64,000 nucleotides of DNA, taken from Eledone cirrhosa (taxonomy: Eukaryota). The translations under genes and the position numbers were made by a program. Below the pieces are notes generated by a model. The model had not been told where the DNA came from. It saw only the letters and a list, made by a program, of their open reading frames with translations, and did no database searches. Positions within the stretch are counted from its first letter, which is position 1; every line of letters starts with the position of its first letter. Of this stretch, positions 32,013 to 43,752 are shown one piece after another. Where the stretch lies: contig CAXHJY010000144.1 in assembly GCA_964016885.1 (NCBI GenBank), forward strand, positions 27,007 through 91,006, written 5' to 3'.

Positions 32013-32032
32013 TATATGTATATATACATATA
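30617..32032. repeat. 1.4-kb (TA)n-derived satellite with higher-order TATATG/TACATG units
   Basis: Direct reading. Confidence 0.97.
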
Positions 32033-32395
32033 TCATCATCATCATCACCGTTTTACGTCCGTTCTTCCACGCTAGCATGGGTTAGACGGGTTGTCCTGTT
32101 GTGGGCAGTGTCTGGTCGGCTGACCATGCCTTGCTCATACAGGAACTGATCTGGCTTGATTTCTACAGCTGGATGCCCTTCCTAACACCAACCTCATTTA
32201 CAGTGAGTGCTGGGTGCTTTTTCGTGGCGCCTACACGTCCACTTTACAGTGTGGGCTGGGTGCTTTTTTGCCGTGGCACCTCCACGACCACCTTGCGGTG
32301 GGGGGGGGGGGGGGGGGCATATTGTTTATATGCTTCAGCATGTACCCATGGGAGGTCGGGTACCCTGTATTACTGCGTGACGCCAGAAGTCTATG
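32032..32395 (-). mobile_element. RTE-type 3' tail element (family 3); further copies at 6811-6957, 52566-52692 and related 40638-40985
   Basis: CATCACCGTTTTACGTCCGTTCTTCCACGCTAGCATGGGTTAGACGGG and TTCTACAGCTGGATGCCCTTCCTAACACCAACC box. Confidence 0.8.
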
Positions 32396-33206
32396 TATAT
32401 ATGTATATATATATATATGTATATATATATATGTATATATATATATGTATATATATGGTGGCTGCCAACTCGTTTTCGAGTACGGCCACTACTTTATATC
32501 CATGTAGGAGAACCCCTACCGATGCGCTGAACGAGTGTGACTTTTTAGTCCAGCCAGCGACTTGAAAACTCTGGTACAAACACTACACTTGTGACAATTA
32601 CTGACACATAGTGTTGGGCCCATGGTACCATGTGACGACAAGTGCAGAGAGATCTCCAGATATAAAGCAATGCCTGTGCCGTGAAGCTTTTATAGTGAGC
32701 AAAGGCACTGCACAAAGCCAGTCCCACTCTCTTAACCAAGATGATATTTACCAAAAAGAAGAACAAGTCAACATCATTGGATACCATCAGGGTTGCAGGT
32801 GTTATATCAGAGTTTTCCTTCTCCTAGAATTCTGCCTTGACAAAGGCTAAGGGGTCATCTCTCCCGGTGATTTTGGATGGCCATTGACTCTTAAGAGCTC
32901 CTTTGCCCTTTGACAGGTTTTGTTTTTAGTCCTGCAGGATGTCCAAAGTCACCCTCCTCACCAAGAAACCTTGGTGGGGTTGCCAGTTTAGTCGCCAACG
33001 ACCCGACCATGGGACAGGTTGTACTGGGATACATGTTACCAGTAGCACCAACTGGTGACCTGACATACATATATATATATATATGTGTATATATACATAC
33101 ATATATATATGTATATATATATATGTATATATACATACATATATATATGTATATATATATATGTATATATACATACATATATATATATATATGTATATAT
33201 ACATAC

Positions 33207-33242
<36 letters not shown>

Positions 33243-33387
33243 GTATATATATATGTATATATACATATATATATGTATATATATATATATATGTGTATAT
33301 ATATATATGTATATATACAAACATATATATATGTATATATATATATATGTATATATACAAACATATATATATGTATATATATATATA

Positions 33388-33805
33388 TTAGAAAGTGGGT
33401 TTTTTTTTTACAAAATGAAAAATAACCGAGGTGTCCTACATAAGTGAAAGTATAAAGAAAAAAAGATGAAATCGAAAATGCAACTGGAGTCTTATTTTTA
33501 AAAACATATATATATTTATTTGTTTCCTTTACCGGTTTCACAGTTCTTCTGCTTTTCAAAAGTAGGGTTGAGATGGAGGGTCTGTGGTTTTTCTCATAAG
33601 ATGTGAGAAAAACCACAGACCCTCCATCTCAACTCTACTTTTGAAAAGCAGAAGAACTGCGAAACCGGTAAAGGAAACAAATAAATATATATATTTTTTT
33701 TTTAAATAAGACTCCAGTTGCATTTTCGATTTCATCTTTTTTTCTTTATACTTTCACTTATGTAGGACACCTCGGTTATTTTTCATTTTGTAAAAAAAAA
33801 CCCAC

Positions 33806-33812
<7 letters not shown>
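33388..33812. repeat. 425-bp near-perfect palindrome carrying two back-to-back variant HHRs (33527-33562 -, 33638-33673 +)
   Basis: Arms 33388-33596 and 33604-33812, loop TAAGATG; CTT-TTGAAAA-GCAGaagaaCTGC-GAAA-CCGG-TA-AAG. Confidence 0.88.
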
Positions 33813-33845
<33 letters not shown>

Positions 33846-34416
33846 AGATTGCCTAGGACTTACCTCTCCCTCAAAGCCCCTCATGGGTGGGTAGATAATG
33901 GCTGTAACAACCTCCTTTTCCCCACTTGCCGAAGAAGATAGGGGAAACCCCAGCATACATAGGTAGATGTACTTATTTTCTTTTTTCCCTTTATCTCTTC
34001 TTCTCACTTCCTTCCACTCCCTCTCCTCTTCCTTTTTCCTCTTTTGCTTTCCCTGAGGCAGCTCATCGGGCTTTTGTAGCCTCAGTACCCCTACCCCAGT
34101 AAATTCTATATAGCATTGGCCGAAAACGCAATAGCAGCTGTTTTAGACTCTAGTTCTTTTATTATTTTTTATCATTTAATTTTTTTTTTAATCCTTGTGA
34201 CAACTACAATCTTCCCATATAAGGAATTACCCCTTGAAAAGTTTGGCTATTTATTACGACGCTAAAAATTCTAATTTAGTCCAGAAATAGCCGTCAAAAC
34301 GGCTTGAGCTCTGCCATCGGGGTCTTGAACATTTTCCAATTGCCCACTCTACTACCCTAAGTATTGAGTACTCTGGTGCGTTATGGTCCATCTGATTCCT
34401 TACCACACTTCCTTTG

Positions 34417-34471
<55 letters not shown>

Positions 34472-34599
34472 TAGTTATATAGTAAGGTGTATTATTGGTT
34501 GTGTCATACGGTCCAATAAACTTTTGTTACCAATATTAAGTTCTCCACGCTTTTGTATATCTCCAATTCCATTTATGGGAACAGCTAGATCGACCCACA

Positions 34600-36895
34600 G
34601 GCAGTTATCAGTTCTAATAGACCAGTAGCAACCAAGGAGACAGGTAACACTAATATAGATAATAAGAACAAGAAGCATCGGACCAGAAAAATCCTGTGGT
34701 ACAACCCCCCCATACTCCACCGGCCTGACCACGAGTATAGCTAAGCTTTTGTTTAGGGCTTTAGACAAATGCTTCCCTAGATCACATAGATACTATAAAA
34801 TATTCAGTAGGAATACCATGAAGGTGTCCTACTCCACAACCAGTAACATAGCTCAGAATATAGCTAAGATGAATTATAGTAGACTTAGGACAGCCCAAGG
34901 CAGGATGAGACGTGGCAGAGCTAATGGCAGCTCTATGGATGAACGGACTCATACGCGTGAGGCGAGTCGGGTCACCCCAACCCCTGGGAACTTACCCATA
35001 GAGCAGACAAGAACTGAGACCCGACACCAGAGGTACCGGGGTTCCTCTAGAACTACCCAGGTCGATAACAGAAAATGTAATTGCAGGAACACCGCCACTT
35101 GCCCCATGGCTGGGAAATGCCTCACCAAAAACATAGTCTACGACTGTAAGGTCTCCACTTTAGATAGAACCTTCAGGTATGTTGAGGCAACTGCCACTGA
35201 ATTTAAGGATTGATGGTATAATCACCGCCATACCTTTAATAGATTAGATAAAAAAAATAGCACGGCGCTTTCTGAATTAGTCTGGAAGCTTAAACAACAG
35301 AATATAGAGCACTCCTTATCCTGGTCCATAATTTGCTCAGCCCAGCCTTATAACGGCAGCATGGGCGTCTGTAATTTGTGTATAGCCGAAACCTTTAATA
35401 TTATTAAAGTCGACCCCTATTAATCAATAGGAGAGCAGATTTTTTCAGCAACTGCCAACATAGAACCTCGAAAACCTTCCGCAAGATTTTTTGAAAGTAA
35501 CCTACCACAAGTAGCCATAGAGTTCTCTCAATTAGCAAAAAACAGACAATCACACACTCGGGTAGTAGACAGCTAAGATTTTTGCGCACTTACAAACGGT
35601 ACTTGGTTTGTTTCCACAGAGTTCTCACAGCTGAGTGCACATTTACCACTACTTTAGAATACCTAGTTAGTAAATAGTTAGAATGATTACACACTCATTT
35701 AAGACCGATTACGCGCATTCACCATTACTTTAGAATACCCTAACCATTGAGTTCTCTCGGTTAGTAAATAGTTAGACGTATTACACACTCAGTTAAGACC
35801 AATTACGCTCTTTATACATGACTCTACACACAGTACCCGGTTTCTTTAGACACAGACTTCCCACAGTTATGACTGGTCACGATCCTATCAATTGAACACT
35901 GCACTAGGTTTTGATCCGTGATCATCTAACCATGGAGTGTTCACGATTACTGATTGGACAATATTACTTACACACATCCTCGGGGTTTTGCTATTCTTTT
36001 TTATTTTATTTTATTTCTGTGTTGGGTAACACACCTCCACCACTCAAGCACCTATCTTAAAACCCAAGGGCCCATATGACGGGAAAACGCACATACTGAC
36101 ACCTTAACTCAAATACCCAACCCTACAAAGAGCCCCTTGGTGGCCTACATGGCGATTGCTTGCATGCACAGATTTGGGGACTCAGATTCTCAATAGGACA
36201 ACGGCACATACAGAGTTCGATATGAGCCGACTACTTGCTCTTCACATGGATGTGTATATACCAAAACATACACTTTTTTAGACGATACGGATGTGTATAT
36301 ACCAAAACATACACTATTTACAATTCAATCTATACACGTATAGCAGAACATTGAACTGAATTTACTTGCGTGTGTATAGGGTTGCGGTTGACCCAATTTC
36401 TCCAATTTACATCGTCAAATCGAGATTTGACCAATATAACATTTGTTGTTTTATAAACTAACTTTCAGTGAATACTATGTTGGTATATATATATATTTTT
36501 TTTTTCTTTGACCTCGCGTCGGTGTCTGTGAGTGTGTGTGTACTCACTCACACTAACTGTGACCGACTAATTCTAAAGATTTGATGTTGAGATTAGACCC
36601 GTCCAGCGTCTTTTACAGCTATTGAGAGATGGAGACTTGATAGTTTTATGACCCTAACTGAGGACGATAGCAGCTGGCGTGTTTTGGCTGCTTGATCTTC
36701 ATATGGGGGGACAAAACTCTAGTGAGTGAACATCGTTAAATTTTCTCCCTCATATCAAGAATTTGAAGACAATTCATTTTCACCTGACGAGATCAGTGTT
36801 AAACGATCATGGCCGCACGATCGATCTATCTCTTATTGAAACGTGTCATGATTAAAATGATTGTAAATTTATACCATGCCTTCGATCTTCATTTT
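34600..36895 (+). mobile_element. PLE 3' portion: linker + GIY-YIG + long 3' UTR
   Basis: WYNPPYST, MKVSYSTTSN, CNCRNTATCPMAGKCLTKNIVYDCKV..YVEAT..EFKD; ends in (TA)n after an HHR. Confidence 0.88.
36771..36863 (+). ncRNA. Hammerhead ribozyme at PLE 3' end
   Basis: TCAC-CTGACGA-[47 nt stem II region]-GAAA-CGTG-TC-ATGA; outer AATTCATTTT/AAAATGATT pairing. Confidence 0.65.
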
Positions 36896-36982
36896 ATACA
36901 CATATATACATATATATATATATATACACACATATACTTTATGTATATATATATTTTTTTTTTTTATGACCATGCTGTAAAA

Positions 36983-38540
36983 TGGGATAGTTGCTGAGAT
37001 GCTGAAGGCATCAGGGGACGTAGGCACTAAACTGGTTGCACGAATCATCAATCAGGCTATATGTTGTGGCGTCATACCCAAAGACTGGTGCAGCAGTATT
37101 CTCATAAATTGCTACAAAGGTAAATGGCATGCTCTGGGGAGGAGCAATTATAGGGTTATAAAACTTATGGATCAGGGTATGAAAGTGGCAGAACGTATAT
37201 TAGCACAACTAATTAAAGAAAGGGTCAAACTAGATGAGATGCAGTTTGGTTTTGTGCCTGGGAAGAGTACAACATATGCCCTCTTCTTGGTGAGACAATT
37301 ACAAGAGAGGTTCTTAGAGAAAAATAAGCCACTATACTTACCCTTTGTTGACCTAGAGAAGGCCTTTGATAGGGTACCCTGATCTAGGTGTTGAGGAATT
37401 GCTTGTGAGTACAGTGCAAACTTTGTACAGAGGTACTGTCAGTAAAGTCAGAGTAGGAATGGAGTTTAGTGAGGAATTCCAGGTACAAGTAGGAGTACAT
37501 CAAGGTTCGGTCCTCAGCCCGCTCTTGTTCATTATAGTCCTCCAAGCCATAACAGAGGAGTTTAAGACTGGCTGTCCATGGGAACTTCTCTATGCTGACG
37601 ATCTGGTTCTTATAGCAGAATCAGTAGAGAAGCTAAAGAATAAATTCTGGCTATGGAAACAGCAGTTGGAAGAAAGAGGACTGAGAGTGAACCTGGCTAA
37701 GACAAAAGAGTTGATGAGTAGAAAAGAGGACAAAACTCTGATTCCGTCAGAGAAATGGCCATGTTCGATACGCAGAAAAGGAACTGGCATAAATTCTATA
37801 AAATGCACACAATGCAGATCCTGGATACACAAGAGATGTAGCGGGATAGCAGGCAAACTAACAGGTAGGGAGAAATATGTATGCAGTAGATGTACAGGGA
37901 AATTAGACAGTAGAAGTCGCATTGATAGACACATTTTTCAAATGCAGCCGGGTGCTATAGAAGTGGTAGATAGCTTCCGGTACCTAGGAGATCAGATTAG
38001 CATGGGAGGGGGGTGTTCCGAGGCCATAGTATGTAGAATAAGGACGGGTTGGAAGAAGTTTAGTGAGCTGCTTCCTCTGCTGATGAAGAAGGGTTTCTCC
38101 CTGCGTATGAAAGGCCGGTTATATGATGCCTGTGTGAGGAGCGTGATGCTGCATGGTAGTGAGGCATGGGCAGCAATTGCAGAGGATATGCGACGGCTCG
38201 AGAGAAATGAGGTAAGCATGCTCCGTTGGATGTGCAGTGTCAATGTGTGTGAACAACCCAGCATGAATGTGTTGAGAGAGAAACTGTGTCTGAGAGGGAT
38301 AGAATGTGTGTGAGAGAGGAGACAGGTGGTATGGAGGATGACCAATGGGTGTAGAAGTGCCAGTTGAAGGAAGACGTGGTAGAGGTAGACCACGAAAAAC
38401 ATGGGCGGAGATGGTGAGAACAGATCGCTGAAGCTCACGGTGGAGATGACGAAGGACCGTGACAAGTGGATAGATGCTGTGCTGAATAAGACCCGTCCCA
38501 CCCTTGCAAGCAGGGAAGAGCGGACGTAAAATGATGATGC
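36983..38540 (+). mobile_element. RTE family-2 copy (RT + PHD-like insert), small deletions
   Basis: ORFs 36999-37382 and 37366-38313 (YADD, C4HC3 cluster), GRGRPRKTW, (TGA)n tail. Confidence 0.93.
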
Positions 38541-38689
38541 ATATATATATACATACATATATATATATATATAAACACATACATATATATATAAACACAT
38601 ATACATATATATATAAACACATATACATATATATATACACATATATATATACATATATATATTTATATACACATATATATATAATATAA

Positions 38690-40110
38690 TATCAAAAGAT
38701 GGTTAAAAGAGTTCCATGTATTTTATTATGCGCATTTCAAAAACAAATATCATCATGGGATGATATTTGCGTTCTCATCAGATAAAATAGGGAGACATGG
38801 ATATGAAGCTTAAAAAACACTTGCGAGCAGTGAAGTGTTAAATCAACATATGAAAAATAAAATAAGATGGATATATGAGATTGGAAAAAAAAGAAAAGGA
38901 AGAGGAAGAAAGAATATAATAAGAAAAAAATATATAATAATAAGGAAAGGATGACGGAGGAGGAGTATAAGAAGGAAGGATGAGAGAGGAGGAGAAAATG
39001 AATGAGAGATAACCTTTAATACTGAGATTTAAGACTTTAATACTGTCTCACAGAGAAATTTAAAAAAAAAGCATTGTAAGATTAAAAGTTAATGAGGTTT
39101 ATGAATGGTGATGCTTATGGTTAAAGAAAAAGGAATTAAGAATACTATTTATTTAAGGTTTATATATTGAAGGGTTTAATAATATGTGCGAAAAGGAATT
39201 TATTAAAATGTATTATTAAAATAAAAAATATTAAGGAGATAAGGTGAATGAAGAAAAGGTTAAATGAATTATGAACTTAGAGGAATTAGTTAGGGTCCAA
39301 GTTTGTTTCTATGTATTGTAATAGGAAAAAGTAAATAATAGGTTTAATACGAGCACGGAAGGGGAGAAGAAAGAAGAAAATTCAAGGAAGAAAAATATAT
39401 AACGTCAAAAAAATATATGTTTACAAAATTTACTAATGGTAATATTAGTATATATTAAAAATAAAAATTTGTATGGCTGAGAATATAAGGAAAATACTAT
39501 AGTGAGTTATAAGATGAATTGAGAAGTAAAAGTTGCAGATTAAAGATTAGAAATTAAAAAAGAAGAAAAATAGGGGACCGCTAAGGACATAGAATGAGTA
39601 AATTGTATAATATACTGAAATAAGGTAAAAAGATGGGTATATTTGTAAAAGATATAAAAGCGTTTGAAAAAAGAAGATTTTAAACTAATTAGGTAGTAAG
39701 ATATTAGCTGTATACTTTATGGAAAGTTCTATGTGATTTATTATAGAATTAAAATTAGAGATAATGGTAAATTTCTCGGCTAGGCAGAGATTACACGTTC
39801 TGGATAGGGAAGAATTCAGGTAAGGAGAGGAGTTGCAAACCTTCCTCCAAGAAATGTTGTAGTTAATATTTTTGTCCTTTAAGGGCCATATGAGTTCTGA
39901 GAGTGCCGTGTTAGTTCTTTTAAAAGACGAATTGTGATTATAAAATCTTGCTTTAAAGGAAGTGGAAATGGAACCAAAATAGGTAAAAGAATTAGTACCA
40001 GTTACCTTACATTCATACACTAAATTTTTATCAAGACATTGGTTACTAAGAGGACATTTAGTCCTAACAGGGCAATTACAATTACGATTAGAGAAATTAC
40101 CAGAGTTATT
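38690..40110 (-). mobile_element. PLE 3' end: GIY-YIG + 3' UTR
   Basis: ORF 39685-40020 VYECKV..YFGSISTSFKARFYNH..TALSELIW..CNLCLAEK. Confidence 0.85.
38719..38789 (-). ncRNA. Hammerhead ribozyme, canonical
   Basis: TATTTTAT-CTGATGA-GAAC GCAAATATCATC ccat GATGATATTTGT TTTT-GAAA-TGCGCA-TA-ATAAAATA. Confidence 0.9.
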
Positions 40111-40371
40111 TTAGGAAGGGCATCCAGCTGTAGAAAACCCGCCAGACAGTCCACGCTGTAATGTGGCCGTGTAGGCAACACGGTAAAAACCTCCCAGCCC
40201 CACATTGTAAATGTGGTTGGTGTTAGGAAGGGCATCCAGCTGTAGAAAACCCGCCAGACAGTCCTATGCGAGCAAGACAATCACTCTTGCCTCAAGTGGG
40301 AAAACCCCCGTCCAAACCCATGCAAGCATGGAACACGGATGTTAAACGTTGATGATGATGATGATGATGAT
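40111..40371 (+). mobile_element. RTE family-1 3' UTR copy with 5' internal duplication
   Basis: 40111-40152 repeats 40223-40264; (TGA)n tail. Confidence 0.85.
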
Positions 40372-40543
40372 TAACAATATATTATTTATACTCCAGTCCT
40401 ATAAACTGCTGAGTGCTATTTAGTCGATATTTGCATTGCTTTATTGAGCTACAATAAAACTCACCTCCTATATATATATATATATATACACATACATATA
40501 TACACAGACATATATATATACACACACACATATATATATATAT

Positions 40544-40626
<83 letters not shown>

Positions 40627-40999
40627 TATATATGTATATCATCATCATCTTCGTTTAACGACCATCTTCCACGCTAGCATGGGTTAGACGGGAGTTGTCC
40701 CACTTGAGGCAAGGTAGGTCGGGTGACCGTGTCTCGCTCATATAGGACTATCTGGCAGGTTTTCTACAGCTGGATGCCCTTCCTAACACCAACCACATTT
40801 ACAGTGTGGAACTGGGAACTTTTTACCATATTACCTACACGGCCACATTACAGCGTGGACTGTTTTTTTTTGTTTTTTGGGGGGGTGTCTCACCTACACG
40901 ATCTCATTATCTCATTTATTTGGACTGGATGCTGTGGTACCAACGTTACAGAGAGGGAATGTTGGTGGGAGTGGGAGGATAGGGTATATATATACATAT

Positions 41000-43176
41000 A
41001 AAATTGAAAAAGTGGAGAATAACATAGTCAACAGTACAAAAAAGAGGATTTATTTGCAGTCTAACAATTGTTTCACTGATAGAGTTGTCTAAAAATTGCT
41101 GAACACTAAAAGTAGTGCCACTCAATTTTAAATACGATGTTAACTCTATTAGATCATCGGAAACTGTTAAAAAAATATATATGTGTAACCAGCAAATTTA
41201 CAAATTCAAATTACATCATCAATAATAATATTAATAATAAAGATATAGAGAGAAAAGGAGATAGATACAGTAAAGAAAGAAAGGAAAGGAAGGAAAAGAA
41301 AGGACAAAGAAATAGAATGAAGAAAGGGAGAAATTATTATAGACAGAAAAATAAAAGAGAGGAAGATATATGGAAGATGATGGTAGATAGAGGACATAAG
41401 TAAAATTAACGTAGGATAGAAAGAAGAATAGAGGGACAAATAGATGAATAAACGTTAATACATGAATAAATAAAAATAAAAATAGATATATGAAAAATAT
41501 ATAAAAAAATTGATAAATAAATAAATAAGTTATATCTAATGTGATATAAATGGTATAAAATGTGAAAAATGAAGAATAAGAATAAAAATAATAATAATAA
41601 TAATAAATACGTAAAGGGAGTAAAAAGAGTAAAAATGTGCAAAGAATATTTAAACATCAAAATTATTGAGAATGGTTTTTGAGAATTGTTGAAATATGGA
41701 GAGATAATGAGGTATGATAATGTTAAATATATTTATGTGTGTATTGGTTATTTATTACAACATAGCTTTACTTAAGGCAGGCCATAAAGAGAGATTCAAA
41801 TACATACCAGATACAAAAAATAACAACACACTTAATATCAATAGCACCATCCACACCTATAGAAACAACCTAGGACTAAACATAAAAATTGGCAACAAGC
41901 ACATAAATTAAAGGAACAGAATACTAATACAAAGACCACTAATAACTATAGAAGATGCAGAAATAGAAACTACTTATGGTTCAATCTAATGTTTAACTCC
42001 CCTATAAAAACTAAGCTACCTCACACTTTCTTCAAATTAGTTGACAAACATTTCCTGAAAATTCATAAATATCATAAAATCTTTAATAGAAAAACTATCA
42101 AACTATCATACTCCACTGCCAACAACATAGAATCGCACATACATAAAATTAACTAAGAAGAATTTATAATACAAGTAACCCGCAAATAAGTACCATAACA
42201 CCTAATACAAAATATAAGCATATAACATCATCACAACCAAACACACATCAGAGCACATCACCACAATACATCAACAAACCCAATTCTCAGCCCATACATA
42301 GCAACCTACAAAACCATATAGAAGAACCGGCACATAGAAAAGCATCTCATTTTAACTGCCATCTACCTGACAAATGCCATTTACAAAATAGATGCCTAGA
42401 GACAAATATAGTATACCTATGCACTATAAATTCAGGTAGCTTAGCATGGCATTACATTGGTTCCACAGCTGGGGAGTTTAAGAAAAGGTGGTACATACAT
42501 AGACACTCTATTACTAACAGGAATCTCTCAAAGACAACGACTCTCGCCAATAAAATCTGGCAACTTAAAGATGCAAACATGGAATATAAAATCAGCTGGA
42601 TAAAGCTATCAAATTGGTATGTCCCACTGTGGTCTCTGTAATATGGAACTTTTCAAAATTTTAAATTACAACAAAATTCTTAACAGTGAAATTGAAAAAA
42701 ACATTTTTTGTCGACATAAATCTGCGACTAAATTTGAGAACTTTAGACCAGCTTAATTCCATCTTATCTATTCCATAACCCAGATTGTACTATTTGGATC
42801 TATTATGATATCACATTATCAACATCATCATCATTATAATTATAATTATAATTTTAATTGTCATCATCTATCAAAGAACAACATCAAAACCTCTTATATT
42901 TACATTCTTATTTTATATATCTCTATTTTTTACTCTTTATCTTTATATTTCTCTCCCTAAATTTATTTCATCTCTGTCATTTCATTTTATCATATAATAT
43001 AACTTAAAACTAACTAATTAATTTATTTATTTAAACAACCAATACACACATAAATATATTTAACATTATCATATTTTCACAATTCCATATTTCAACAATT
43101 CTCAAAAACCATTCTCAATAATTTTAATATGTTTAAATATTCTTCGCACATTTGTACTCTTTTTACTCCTTTTACG

Positions 43177-43219
<43 letters not shown>

Positions 43220-43745
43220 TTTTTCACAGATATAACTTATTTATTTATTTATCAATTTTTTATATATATATATTTTTATTTACATTTATTCATGTATTAA
43301 CGTTTATTCATCTATTTGTCCCTCTATTCTTCTTTCTATCCTACGTTAATTTTACTTATGTCCTCTATCTACCATCATCTTCCATATATCTTCCTCTCTT
43401 TTATTTTTCCGTCTATAATAATTTCTCCCTTTCTTCTTCTTTGTCCTTCTTTTTCCTTTCTTTCTTTACTGTATCTATCTCCTTTTCTCTCTATATCTTT
43501 ATTATTAATATTATTATTGATGATGTAATTTGAATTTGTAAATTTGCTGGTTACACATATATATTTTTTTAACAGTTTCCGATGATCTAATAGAGTTAAC
43601 ATCGTATTTAAAATTGAGTGGCACTACTTTTAGTGTTCAGCAATTTTTAGACAACTCTATCAGTGAAACAATTGTTAGACTGCAAATAAATCCTCTTTTT
43701 TGTACTGTTGACCATGTTATTCTCCACTTTTTCAATTTTATTACT
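41000..43745 (+). mobile_element. PLE: truncated linker/GIY-YIG remnant between ~700-760-bp inverted pseudo-LTRs
   Basis: ~41000-41752 is the reverse complement of ~43036-43738; internal KIFNRKTIKLSYS, CLETNIVYLCT..WHYIGSTAGEFKKRW. Confidence 0.88.
43573..43682 (+). ncRNA. Hammerhead ribozyme, CCGAUGA variant with long stem II insert (inverted copy 41057-41166)
   Basis: CAGTTT-CCGATGA-..ATAGAGTT[...]AACTCTAT..-GAAA-CAATTG-T-T-AGACTG. Confidence 0.7.
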
Positions 43746-43752
43746 CCAATTT

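Noticed and set aside
34041-34090. CCGATGA...GAAA on the minus strand
   Set aside because: No UH cleavage triplet or stem III; better explained by a CTGAGGC/GCCTCAG hairpin
40381-40468. CTGCTGA...GATA HHR-like segment
   Set aside because: Two core mismatches and poor stems
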